Assembly (NCBI RefSeq): GCF_902652985.1
Contig: NC_047019.1
Coordinates: forward strand, 44,454,001 to 44,518,000
Reading direction: 5' to 3'
From: Pecten maximus
Lineage: Eukaryota
Length of the DNA: 64,000 bases
Shown here in pieces: positions 42,635 to 56,118 of the stretch. The position numbers and the translations under genes were made by a program. The notes beneath the pieces were generated by a model that saw nothing but the letters and a program-made list of their open reading frames with translations, searched no databases and was not told where the DNA came from. Position 1 is the first letter of the stretch; each line of letters opens with the position of its first letter.

Positions 42635-42985
42635 AACAAAAACTTCATTGACCATGTTGATCGGATATACTCTGTAAAACGTGGAAGCAAGGACACTACT
42701 TACGCTTTACTTACAACTTGACTACTACGGCCAGCTTACCGCTAAGTTGTACGATAAGAGTGGTTATTTCAGATTTAGAATTACCAATTTTCCATTTCTA
42801 GATAATAGCACCTGCTTCCCATGAATTCAGATACCTGTCGAAGTTGATTCCGTATTTAAGGATTCGTTCCAATTATCACCATTTCCGTGACCTATGTCGA
42901 CTACTAACGGAAAAAGTACATCGCAATGGTTCGAGATATGCAGGTTGATGAAACCGACGGGGAAGATTTATTGTCGGCATTTGGT
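42635..42985 (+). mobile_element. Decayed Penelope-like element, RT C-terminal/thumb fragment
   Basis: Frameshifted translation gives NFIDHVDRIY...KDTT / GQLTAKLYDKSGYFRFRITNFPFLDNS / YLSKLIPYLRIRSNYHHFRDLCRLLTEK / FEICRLMKPTGKIYCRH. This matches the Penelope-like pattern KLYDKRDDFNFxIVNFPFLxSN...YISQLIRY...LLTxKL...KFYGRH. Confidence 0.85.
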
Positions 42986-45900
42986 TTGAAAATGTTCTTC
43001 TCTTCTTGTGCATGAAACAAGAAGTGTTCGATATTTACAGTGGTACCTACCTGTATCGTTTGCACTGGCTTAATTCTCATTAATTGTGGAATTTGACCTG
43101 GATTTTATGGCGATTGTCGTCGATAAATCAAATGTTGTGTCTTAAAAAGATGAGTGCCGGCAAATGATAAAAATAAGAATTTGGATCATTCTAATACAAT
43201 GTATATAAAAAAAATAGACAGAAGTAAATACATTTAACAGCAGAAAGGGAACAGTAGAGAAGTCGGCACGCCTCCGTCATTACTATCGATTGGTAGCTTT
43301 ATGTATGGCGGATTTTCAGATGGTGTCTCATAAAATGTCATCATGTATTTGTTAGTACTACTTTGTGCTATATTTGAATAAGCAAGAATTGGGATACATG
43401 TATAGTAAACAAATATATAATAAATCATATTATGTCTTGTATCTGTCAAACAGATATGCCATTATGGCTTCTTTGATACATTTGTAGTTATTATCCCCTG
43501 TTCCGTGTTTCCGAGAATATAACATTTTTTAAGACATTTGAACAGACACTATTTATAATAAAAAATCCATAATAAGTTTATGTCTGGAGACAAAATGTGT
43601 ATGAATCTACTGAGTAATTATCGCGTGATTATTAATTACATAAATAAATCAGTTTAGTAAAATTTTGACGTATATTCTGATAATTTCACTAGTGTTTGTC
43701 TCCGCCCTTGGGAGGCCAGTGTTACTTTTGTGTGCGCATGCCCACATACAAATCGATATCATTTGTTCAGTACTATTTCATAGTCTTTCTCTCGGGATCG
43801 GCGAATCAAATGTTTTTTTACAGCGACAACGTCACCGCGAGCTAGGAATACAGCCCTAATGTAGAAAGTCCTCTAGATATATCAGTAACCCTGTGTGGAA
43901 ATACTAATACATTATATAATGTATGCGACCTCCTACAACATCGGTAATCTATTTGATGTATTCCACACCAGTCATTGTTTAATGGATATCTGAGTCGCCT
44001 TGTATTAGTTCTGATATACCAATGTCTATAATAGTATACAGTTTAACATCTAGTTAAATGTATCGATGGTTAATTAATGAGTTATTTTCCTTTGATAAGG
44101 AAGCAACTCCTACCTTCGGTGTCTATTGTTACAGTGTATATAGTCACGATTTCGATTACATGTAGGCATGCTCATGCTGATCTCGAACCGTATTTGGAAC
44201 CGATACATGTATCTTCTTGGCACGGTAGCTGTGTCTGAATCATTTTGGTGTCAGAAGATATTGTGATTTAGATCAAAAACCCACTCTGAACCGGCCGCAA
44301 AGTTTTGGAGGTTTTAGTTTAAAAAATGATTAGGCCGTGGATTCTTTTATACAATACGTATGATTAATGAACGGTTTCCCTAACAGACTGTACACATTAA
44401 ATATGTACCACCGTAACGATGGATACATTAGTTACAAACATGTAGTTTTCGATCAGATTACGAAGTCTGTTCTATATAAAAGGTTTTATAACATAGCTCC
44501 AGGAAAAGAGGTACACAGGCCGAAAACTAAAATTGGTTCCGTATGCTGTGCCTTTCTGTTTTAGGATCAACACTTTATGTAAACTATTAGCTGTGATCAG
44601 TGGTACTACAATTAGTTTCATGTGTGGAGAAACATGCCAAGCACTTGAAGTCCTCCTTAAACTGACATACAGATGTTTATACTTGTGCTTTTTAGTTTTG
44701 TCTAAAACAAAAGCAAGCTTGCCCTTCACCATTCATGTAGGATCTACCGACACTGTATTGTGGACGTAAGACCCCGTACGGCGTAGGATTGTTCACTCCA
44801 CCCATTATCTACATTTAACTATGTCTGAGGAATGCTGATGTTCCATTGACAAGCAGGGTAGGAAAATAGAGCCCGAATGAGAGAGAAACGTCATTAAGGG
44901 CCTTCTCTGTGAAGTATGTAATTTCTACAATTCATTTCATCCCTATGTTAATAATTCGCATGTCTTATGTCGTTAACTTTTATTCTTTACCTCAATAGTG
45001 ATCGACAACTGTCGACCAGCAGGAAATTGCTAGAAATACGTAGATGATCAGTGTTTGTTTACTCCCCCGTTTTCGGCAAATTAAGCCAAGGAAAGGATAT
45101 ATTTTAACTTCTTTGTCGTCGAATAAAAGTGACAGAGTTAAGACCATCAGGGATCAAAATAGGTTGATAAAGAGTCCTTCTCTCCATAATGAAAATATTG
45201 TCAGTAGGTGGTACTGCTGTACATACTAACATACCCGGTGGTAGGTTCATTCGGCAGTTACACACATATGTTTTCCCCATTTCTAACTGCTATGATTAAG
45301 TCGTTCAAATACTTGTTACATAATATGTAGCTAATTAAATGTGTGTCTAAAAACGGATTGAAGTAATCCGAAATTTGATTGATGCTTTAGTATTATGACG
45401 AGAACAGGGCTGATATCGAGCTTAATCCCTGAACAGCTGAATCGTGACCATCAAGGATAGCTGAATCGGTATGTAATAATTTGCCTATACAATGATGTAA
45501 ATAATATAAAGACGTAAGATAATTATTATATAAATATCCGCTGTGAACTCATAAAAATGATGTTATATGTCTAAATACAATAATTTGAAGAACTTACAAT
45601 ATCAAATATTGTTAATTTAATTTTTGCTTTAGACATTAATTACCGACCGATTGTGGTCGTAAAAGCATACTAATATATTTAGATAAGGACCATCTGAAGT
45701 ACTAATTTGATACCACATATCACAGGCGTTAGCTCTACAGCAACGCTCTGTGATACAGGCGCTGTTAATGACAATCTAATATCTACGTTTGTACAGTTAT
45801 CTGTACTACTGAGTCTACATGTCGTGTAATATTTTTGCTACATGACCAGGATGGTTTTTTGAATGTCTCCTTTCAATCCAAATGTTAGATATTTTCTGCA

Positions 45901-48900
45901 AAAATTAAAACAATGCCCTCTAATACTATGTTGGCGTTGAGAGTTGATACGGTGTTTTAATCAAAGGATCGACGATGAGAAATTTACATAATTGCTAATG
46001 GTAATCATCGAAAAATATCAACCTAAAGCTGCGTTAAAATAAGTTCATGTCATATTATATTATAAGGTAGCTTCCATGTATCTACCGTGTAACATCCGTC
46101 GTGTGATATTTATTTAATAAAAAAATGACCTTTGATAGAAGAAAATAATGTGTCTCGTAACCAAAGTGGTTTTGATAAATTGTCCTCACTTAATTTTAAA
46201 ATAAATATACTTATAAATATTCCATGTTAAATAAAAGAAAATAAATAAAAACACCGTATCCTGTATTATAACGTAAAATTTATAATGGCGGTGCTACAAT
46301 TTTTTTTTGCTGTCTCATATCCATAGAATGACGTCACATTTTGACATTGCAAGACACAGTGATGACATTCCAAGCTAAGTTCGTTCAATATGTGTAAAAC
46401 GCAAGTTGTATGAAATGCAAAAACTACACTTTGTTCACATGTCAGTAGAACAAATTTAAATACAAAAATGTATATAAACTTGATTACTTCATGATAACGT
46501 TATTATTGCTATACTTGAATGCAAGTAAATTAAAACATTCACAAAATTCGTTGACTTGCCATACTACCTACAACGTAAATTTGCAGGATCATGAAACAAT
46601 ATTAAGCTATACTCGTCAATGGACACATTTAATCCAACCCGCTGAATACTCAACGCATCAACTGTATGCAGGATCACACGAAACCATTGGATAATCGTAG
46701 GAGATATACAAGGGATATTTCAATTAAGCGTTGCCGCATCGCTTCTATATCGGCAAAATAACACTAAGCCCCTGCTGCAACAGGGATAGAATTACATTCA
46801 TCACACTTTATGCATTGGCAGACATTTTAGTTTTTGTCTACTTGATACAATGTATCCAATATCATCGTTAATTACACTGTAGTCTCCTCTCTACAGACAA
46901 AAGGCCCTGTCATTCCACTGAAGATCGCTACCATCGAGTGTTTCTATTGACAATTGACATAACCTGCATTATATGCTTATTTTTTCTCTCTCGCGAAATG
47001 CATCCCAACTTCCAAAGTCCCCCATCATAGTCCCTTAGCAAATACCTATCAACGCCGTTGTAAGTATATCAACGATTGCGTCAGTTATAGGAAAAATGAA
47101 ATATCCTGAGTCGTTATTAATCATTATATGTTCCTGACTTTCCTTAAAATCACAAATGTAATTAGCAATACAAGGACCTGTCCGTTAACGAAGTTGTCAT
47201 CTCACAGCGAGCCTGGGCTATGGAATCCATCCTATTTCTGTGCACCAGCGCGATAACATTCCCAGTGGAGTAGGGGCCTGGCATGGCGGGGAGATGAAAC
47301 CCGTGGCCTGTACTCACTCACATCTACGTTTCGTGGGAGTAGCCGTAGGTTTTAGAGCTACTTAATATAACGTTAATACTGCACATTTGCGTATACACAT
47401 GTGTTCAAATTAATCTACCTCAAGGTAATTTCAAAGAGTAAATCTGCCCCGATTTCCCCGATGTAATTGCACGATGCCGCAGCCATGTTGTTTACGAAAC
47501 ATGGTGTTAATGTTGTGTGTTTCTTCCTATTCTGATCACACCTATTTTATAAATTACCAGTAAGATTGATTAGATATATAATACATCAAGGGGGCAACGA
47601 TGCCACAAACCCCGAGTTAAATTGTGGTGAAGACATATCCTGTTTAACTTTGGTAATGCCACTTATCACTTTCTGACCACTCGGGGTTAAAATGTAACAA
47701 AACATGTACAATATCTGTGGCATATGTCTATATATCTCCTATCGTTATCACAAGTGTAAAATCGCGTATTAATTTCTCATAATTACCTATTCGTCATACA
47801 GGGGGTGTGTTTTATCTCTGATAATGTAACCATACGTAAAAACATATTCTGTACTTATTTACCGGGCAAAATAAAATTGTATAACACATTAATTCATCGA
47901 TGTTTCATCAGCATCATCACTACATATATCATTTGTATCTATCCATGCTATATGTAAACTGACTGTATGAAGTGATGATTTTGTAATTTTTTCAAAAAAA
48001 TTAATATTTTGATGTAAAAAAAGTGCAGAAAATAAAACTTAGTATTTTTAGTATTATCATTTGATATTACTTTATGCGTAGACGTTGGATAAAAAGACCT
48101 GGCGTCTGGTGTACAGTTTATGTGGTATATATAAAGAAATCTAATTTTCCAGTATATCTGTAAATATCGTAAATACCGTGATACGAGCTAGAAATTAATA
48201 TGACATTACACTACCTACAGAAATGCTTTACATCTGGGGCGAAATTGCACCCACTTCGTAAAATAGAAATATCTATCAAAACACTATGTGATATTGGTGA
48301 TAAAATTCCCGCAGAATAAATGGACTCCACGTGTACTATGCCTTCTCACTCCCGTTCCCAATCATACACATATTAATATTAAGAGGGACATTTTTTCAGA
48401 TATATAGGATATTATGTTCCTTGGTTTATGTTCTTAGAGGTAATGAGATACAGAAAAAACGCATCAGTCTTATAATATATTTATCATATATTTCTGTAAT
48501 TAGCCTAGCTGTCAAGATGTTCACGATAGACTTATTGCGGTGAATATACATGTATGTGTATACTATTGTAAATGTATGGGCATTTTTACACAATCAAGGA
48601 ATCTGGTGCTTGTGAAGTGGACCATTGTTTTATTGTTAGAAGTCCAACACCATTCAGATGCTTTATATTTCTACATATCAACGGCACTTTTAGCAAAGAT
48701 TTGTTAGCTTTTGGGATGATTTAGTTTGTAATAACTAAACATTCGCTTGCGAGTGCTGGATCACTGGTGTGTTGAACTAGATGTTAGACATTATATATTG
48801 ATTAAACATGTCTGTTCCATAAAACTTATTAGATATTTAAAATCAAAGATGTGTACGATGAATAAAAACAAATATCAGATGAATAGGAAATTCAACATAG

Positions 48901-49685
48901 AACTCACCAAACCTATATCCGAAATTCCTATAAATACCCTTATCGTTCATAAATTAAATACCTGAAATTACTTTAAAGGATCAATAGCCCAGTAAACTCA
49001 CAGGTGTGACCAAACACCCGTATTAAACGACTACATAATTCATTCGAATCGCGAGTGAATAGATCAATTGAACCTGGTCGATTTGTTCATCACAAAATAA
49101 CATTCATACCTACAGTATGGAGATGTTAAGGCTTGTGACACAATGCCGCCTAATCTAGTTCTACTATTACCTGAACAAAGACGGGCAAGAACCTGTGTCA
49201 TTAGCATATTTGTACTAGCTGGATATCGGGGAAATTAACAGTCTAAATGTATTTTTCATTTTGCATAAAAAATCATATTGTAATGTTATACTTCTGTATA
49301 TAATATGTTAAATATGCGTGAGTATGGACTGGACCGAGATATATTTTTATTCCCCTTAAAAATAAGAAAAAAACATTTTCGATGAAAATATAAGTTGTTG
49401 TGTATATACATTATTATATAAAATCCATAAATAACAAGATATCCTCCAGTATACAGGGTTCCCTCTGTGTCCCCGGTGATGGACCAGAGCCGCATAGCCG
49501 CTACAAATTGGTCCGTAGTGCATGGTTGATTGACTCGGTGTGTGTACACAGCGTCATCGACCTGTTTCACTAGATAATGCTAAGTTGTAATGAAGACTAG
49601 AGGAAGAAAATCTATAAACAATTAAAATCTTAAGTGTATCAATAAACGATTAGAGCAAATAATGTTTGGACAAATGAAGACTTAC

Positions 49686-49782
49686 CTATGTGAATGAGCT
49701 CGGGGAGGCAATTAACACACTGAACAAGCGCTAGTCCCAGCAGTAAGTAGGTAGCAAGGCGCTTCCTGTGTCGAAAGCTCAT
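49686..49782 (-). CDS. GRIK-like: First coding exon of a probable ionotropic glutamate receptor, kainate-type (signal peptide plus start of the amino-terminal domain)
   Basis: Manual translation gives MSFRHRKRLATYLLLGLALVQCVNCLPELIHI-G: basic n-region, hydrophobic core and V-x-C cleavage site. The following LPELIHIG resembles the LPxxIxIG(GLF) mature N-terminus of invertebrate kainate receptors. The exon ends in a consensus phase-1 donor, AG|GTAAG. It is too short for the ORF track, and the family call rests on a short motif. Confidence 0.75.
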
Positions 49783-49953
49783 ACTGTAGGTGGGGAAAAT
49801 GGTTCTATCCAGTCCGTCCTAGGACACTAGTCCAGACAGAAATATCCAACGGACACATCAAGGTCAGATGACGGACATAGTATCCAACGAGAACAGCTTA
49901 TCCGATAGGAACAGTGAATTTAAAGCTTAGACAGGTAATTTCCCTCGGCCACA

Positions 49954-49991
49954 AGAGTAATCCCTGCGTCCGTTCTCTATATCCCTATATA
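49954..49991 (-). promoter_or_regulatory. Candidate core promoter (TATA-like plus Inr-like) for the receptor gene
   Basis: The minus strand has TATATAGG starting at 49991 and TTACTCT (YYANWYY) with its A at 49958, 33 nt downstream and 176 nt before the ATG. Motif match only. Confidence 0.3.
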
Positions 49992-51865
49992 CACAAATTT
50001 CAAAAATAATGTCGAATAAAATCACATTTTCACAAGTATTAAATTTGTAAATAATAATGTATTCATTGATACATTTTTATAGCTCAATATCATAGAATAT
50101 TCCCAGTACGACAGTCACTTTTGGTGTACAGATCATCACTCTCAATCGGTACGTTACTTCGACAAATCCACCGCAGGAATATCAATGGCTTCCTTGAAGT
50201 ATATTTTCACAAATTTCACTTAAATGACACATTATTATTTATATATATATATTTACATATATATATATTACAGGCGTCCTTTATGTAATTTACAGCACAG
50301 ACAATCTGTGAACCGTTGTGATTGCTTTTTCTCCGTTTGTGGTATACAGAGTGCAACATATCAATACATGTAAAAATAAAGTGATATATCTCAAACCCGA
50401 TATATAACACAACATTGTGGTACTGTTCTACTACTGACATACACTCCCCATATTCCTAAGATGTATAGATGAGTTTGCAACAGAGAGAGCACTGCGATGT
50501 TGGGCTGATCCATTCCCTTCTCAGCGAATGCTGCGGAATCGCAGGTACTCGGTTTTCGCTACAAGTCTCTCTTGGTGTTCGCCAAGTATTGGTTTTTCCT
50601 ATACTGACAGTAGTACCGTTTTCTTCTCTCTTAGTAACACTCCACGCCATGCTTGTATAAGAGTTGATCGCCGACACTCGTATCGACAGATGAATAGTGT
50701 CTGTCCCTAGAGAGATGTACGGATGATATGGTTTTAACTAACGAGTACGTCACACCGTGATAATCAACCATCAAATTAACAGATCTATATAAACAACTTG
50801 TTGTTACCATGGAATATCACCTTATGTGTGGTGACAGTTTAACTATAGCAAATCAGCAGCGAGTATCATGCAGAATTTACTGTAATGATACATGATATTT
50901 CTCTACAATGCTATATTACATCTGATCAAATGAAACTACCCACGGATGGTTAACCTTATCAACAAACCCGAGCGGGCATCTCGTCTCGTATTTACAGGCT
51001 GCTGTTTCACAAGGTCAAGTCACCAGTGTATTACGGGGGCCCATCTTGAGCAAGAAAATGCCTGAGAGAACGACTGGTATTATATCAATGTGTCTCGTCC
51101 GTTTGTGTTTACGATGCGATTATTTTGGTCGGTGGTACAAACGGGGAGCTGGCGTCCTTTTGAAATGCTAATAGGGCGTTTAATGGTGTTTATATATGCG
51201 CCTTTCTCCATAGCACATTCATAGCTATTCAACATATACATTTGACATGAAAAATGTTATTGTTTTGTACGATATGAATCGAACTCGTTTGTATTTCTAA
51301 CAGCTGCTGACATATAACTGTTATAGTACCACACATATGCATTAAATCGGTGTAAATGAATTTGATGACATATGCTACATGTATCCACATATCTAAATTA
51401 ATGCCTATACATGTATTTTCCTGTGAAGAGATTTATCAGAAAAGTATAAATTGAATTCTATATTCAATCATCATATCAAAAGGTTGAATTTTAAATAGGA
51501 TTAAACATGATATAGGTGAACGTAGGTGATGTTGCCTCTATTTCCACATCAATCAATATAATTGAAAATATATTGTGGTAAAAAAAACAAACATCTTTCA
51601 AAACTAATTTCTCCAAAGTCAAATACGTTACGAGATGAAATGATATCCCTCGGAAAATATTCCAAAAATCAATTTTAGTTTTTTAAAAAATGTTATATTT
51701 CATTATAATTTAATGTGATATTTGACTACTCTAACCTAAATTTTTCTTCCAGCTCATTGAGCAGTACACGCGGCGTTTAGCGACTGTCTTCGTAAATCAT
51801 ATTCAAACCAGCAGTGTATATCCAGATGTTAATCCCGACACAGTCTGCTGAATCTAAACTTCGCT

Positions 51866-51878
51866 AAAAAAAAAAAAA

Positions 51879-51909
<31 letters not shown>
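51866..51909 (+). repeat. A13 followed by G31 homopolymer
   Basis: Directly visible. Confidence 0.9.
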
Positions 51910-51910
<1 letters not shown>

Positions 51911-53399
51911 TAGGTGTGTCTGTAAATATTTTGTTTCTATCATTAAAGGTGTAGAAAGGTAGTTTTCATTATTGAGTTGAATAGTAATATACTATCCATA
52001 CAGTGTTAAAACTGAGTTACCTTACGATTGGCGCACTGGTTGTAATAAATGTATTACTATAAAATCATCGGTTGTGTTTTGATCAGTTTAATTAAGAAAG
52101 GAAATCGGAACTTCATAACTGAATTGATTTTTAGAATCAGCCTATTCATTAAATAAATCTCTTTGTTAAATAATTTGAATTGCCTATAATTCGGTATCGA
52201 TCGATAGCTAATCATTTATAATGTCCACGGCAAAAAAAACAACGTATTTTTATTGACCTGACATTTCTTTCAAGCAAAAGCAAACGTGTGCTTCAATGGG
52301 GATCTTCATATTTTCTCTGTGACTGGGAATGAAGGGAGGGGCTACCAGGACATAGGACCGATCACTGTTGAGATAGAAAGGAAGTGTTGATTATCGTCGT
52401 ATCTCTCTCGCGCAATAGCCCTAGTATAATTTTATTAATCAAAGACCTTATCCAGATAGAAGGAAACGTATGTGTCATTATTGTATAAGTTAAAAACAAA
52501 GTGTGTCGACGATGCATTGTTTTTGAATGATAAGGCATATGTATTTGTGTATTGAGCATGTATATGACCTACTGATCAATGGTACTTTTTTGAGCTCATC
52601 TTAAGCCGCACGGCTTTGATTTTTCTATATCATTTATATCACATTCCTGATTCCCGCACTCTACTCTCCATACACCATGATTTTTCCCTGACTCAATGCA
52701 GTCTGGTTGTAGTCGTTTCTAAGTTAAGTGACTGACTGATGGATTAAGGAAAACAAACACCGATATATGACTGCCTGAAATAGCCGTCGGATTCAGATTC
52801 CTGGTTATAATCTTGAAGAAAGATGGCGATTCATTTTACGAATTATCATGCTTTTTAATGGCATATAATCCCAACGTGAAGATGAATGCCCCATCGTGTG
52901 AGATTCTGTGAAAAAGTTGGAATGCGATGCGTGTGTTCTTTGATTGACAACCGGAAACAAAATTGATATTCAATTATATGCCAGCTGTACATAAGGGTAA
53001 TGAAGCAAACACAGAATAAGGAACTATTATATCACTCAGAATAGCCACTTTTATGTTTCCAATTTTTCGGAGTCAATGCGAATATATAAAACAATACTGT
53101 AACAACTTGATGATAGTTCAGACACATATGACTGGCATTGTCTTGAATTGTGACCTTATTCATTTAAGCGCGCTACCACAAGGACGCAGATTTTGTGGGG
53201 AAATGTCAAATGAGTTGTGTGGTCCTCCTGGGTACTATTTGTTCTTGAAAGTCACAGATGTCAATGTTTTAATGGATTTAGAGTCATTACTGAACAATAA
53301 AAGATAATTCTATCGACGGGACGCACATATCTCTTACGCAGTCGTAGCTGCACAGTAGCTCCATCCAATACACAGGACAATGTAATCTAATGCTGACTG

Positions 53400-53427
53400 C
53401 CCCCCCCCCCCCCCCCCCTATTTTTTT
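53400..53427 (+). repeat. C19 homopolymer followed by TA-T7
   Basis: Directly visible. Confidence 0.9.
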
Positions 53428-54337
53428 CCAGGAGAAACGGAAGTTGCCCTGCACTATATTGCCTATGGGAGATGAGAAATACATATTAACGACATATTTG
53501 CATTAAGATTTTTTATGTACATTTTCAAGAATTCAATGTTATTTAGTTTTCTTTCTCACATTTCGGGCTGAATCAGCATTTATTGATACTACTCTGAGCT
53601 AAATATAAACGAATATTAATCAACGAAATCCATTAACATATTCAGTAGTGTATACCTTTAACTTGACGACATTAAGCACACAGGAAATCCGCATATATAG
53701 TAGGTTGCGAAATAATGACAAAAATGCCATTGATATAATCTAAATTTAAATACATCGCATTGTTTTAATGATTACCTCTTGTATAAACCAACATTATCGT
53801 AATGGATACTCCATATTTATATATTACATACAACTAATGTCGGGCAAGTCTAACACACATTAGACATTCAAGATTGAATTCGCAAACGTATGCACTCACT
53901 ACAATGTGTTTCAACATTGTTATATGGCACAAACGCCAGACCTAAACAATTAAATAATGCCGTAAGCATTTGGATGAAAGACGGAGTACGCGAAAATATG
54001 CAATAACTAATTAAATTACAAATACGTGTATATAACATTGTTATATTCGTGTGAGGCTGTAGGAAGAATTGCATGGTTACTGCTATGGATACAACTACAG
54101 ATAAATACACTGTAGTTGTGTTGGAATCCTCCTTCATACTAAATAGTGTTGACATGGTATTGTATTTCACATACCTGACCAGTAGTGTGGCTTCGTAATG
54201 CTTTATTTTCTATCAACACAAGAAGGCTATTCCTTAGCCTAAGTTTTCCATGACCTTGTTTGAGAGTAATGAAGCAAGTAGATTTTTTATCAAAAGAAGT
54301 TTACAGGACAGGACAGGGTGTACCATGACCACCCTGG

Positions 54338-54510
54338 GGTTCGTTGTTAGTTTAACGTCCTGTCATTATATAAGGAATATTTAGAGAGCTGCATATTTGG
54401 ATAACTCTAGAATCCGTTAGTTCTTATTGTTCATTTACTGAAATGCCATGCATCAAGTACATTAACATAGGTATATTCTGGTCCAATAGCCAGACTTTAT
54501 TTTATCTGTA
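54338..54510 (-). mobile_element. Decayed SINE 3' portion
   Basis: GTTTAACGTCCT matches the reversed 3' end (AGGACGTTAAAC) of the intact SINEs. The rest is heavily diverged. Confidence 0.35.
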
Positions 54511-54575
54511 ATTCTAGGCATCGCAAATCTCCGCGGTAGCTGATTGTGTTATTAAATGATATGGAGCGTATTTAA

Positions 54576-56118
54576 CAGTGTACAACATTCCGGGACACAC
54601 AGTGTACAACAATCCGAGACATACAGTGTACAACATTCCGAGACATACAGTGTACAACATTCCGGAACATACAGTGTACAACACTCCGGAACATACTGTG
54701 TACAACATTCCGGGACATACAGTGTACAACATTCCGAGAGATACAGTGTACAACATTCCGAGACATACAGTGTACAACATTCCGGGACATACAGTGTACA
54801 ACATTCCGAGACATACAGTGTACAACATTCCGAGACATACAGTGTACAACACTCCAAGACATACAGTGTACAACACTCCGAGACATACAGTGTACAACAT
54901 TCCGGGACATACAGTGTACAACATTCCGGGACATACAGTGTACAACACTCCGAGACATACAGTGTACAACACTCCGAGACATACAGTGTACAACATTCAG
55001 GGACATACAGTGTACAACATTCAGGGACATACAGTATAAACATTCCAAGACATACAGTGTACAACATTCCGGGACATACAGTGTACAACACTCCGAGACA
55101 TACAGTGTACAACATTCCGGGACATACTGTGTACAACACTCCGAGACATACAGTGTACAACACTCCAAGACATACAGTGTACAACACTCCGAGACATACA
55201 GTGTACAACACTCCGAGACATACAGTGTACAACATTCCGGGACATACAGTGTACAACACTCCGAGACATACAGTGTACAACACTCCGAGACATACAGTGT
55301 ACAACACTCCGAGACATACAGTGTACAACATTCCGGGACATACAGTGTACAACACTCCGAGACATACAGTGTACAACACTCCGAGACATAAAGTGTACAA
55401 CACTCCGGGACATACAGTGTACAACATTCCGGGACATACAGTGTACAACATTCCGGGACATACAGTGTACAACACTCCGGGACATACAGTGTACAACACT
55501 CCGAGACATGCAGTGTACAACACTCCGAGACATGCAGTGTACAACACTCCGATACATACAGTGTACAATATTCCGAGACATACAGTGTACAACTAACCGA
55601 GACATACAGTGTACAACATTCCGGGACATACAGTGTACAACATTCCGGGACATACAGTGTACAACATTCCGGGACATACAGTGTACAACACTCCGAGACA
55701 TACAGTGTACAACATTCCGGGACATACATTGTACAATATTCAGGGACATACAGTGTACAACATTCCGGGACATACAGTGTACAATATTCCGGGACATACA
55801 GTGTACAACATTCCGGGACATACATTGTACAATATTCAGGGACATCCAGTGTACAACATTCCGGGACATACAGTGTACAACATTCCGGAACATACAGTGT
55901 ACAACACTCCGGGACATACAGTGTACAACATTCCGGGACATACAGTGTACAACATTCCGGGACATACATTGTACAATATTCAGGGACATACATTGTACAA
56001 CATTCCGGGACATACAGTGTACAACATCCCGGAACATACAGTGTACAATATTCCGGGACATACAGTGTACAACATTCCGGGACATACAGTGTACAACATT
56101 CCGGGACATACATTGTAC
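54576..56118. repeat. 24-bp minisatellite, about 64 copies
   Basis: Unit CAGTGTACAACATTCCGGGACATA. It produces the 8-aa periodic ORFs in several frames. Confidence 0.98.

Noticed and set aside
49466-49483. RE1/NRSE-like TGTCCCCGGTGATGGA near the first exon
   Set aside because: Several mismatches to the consensus, and REST regulation is not established for molluscs.
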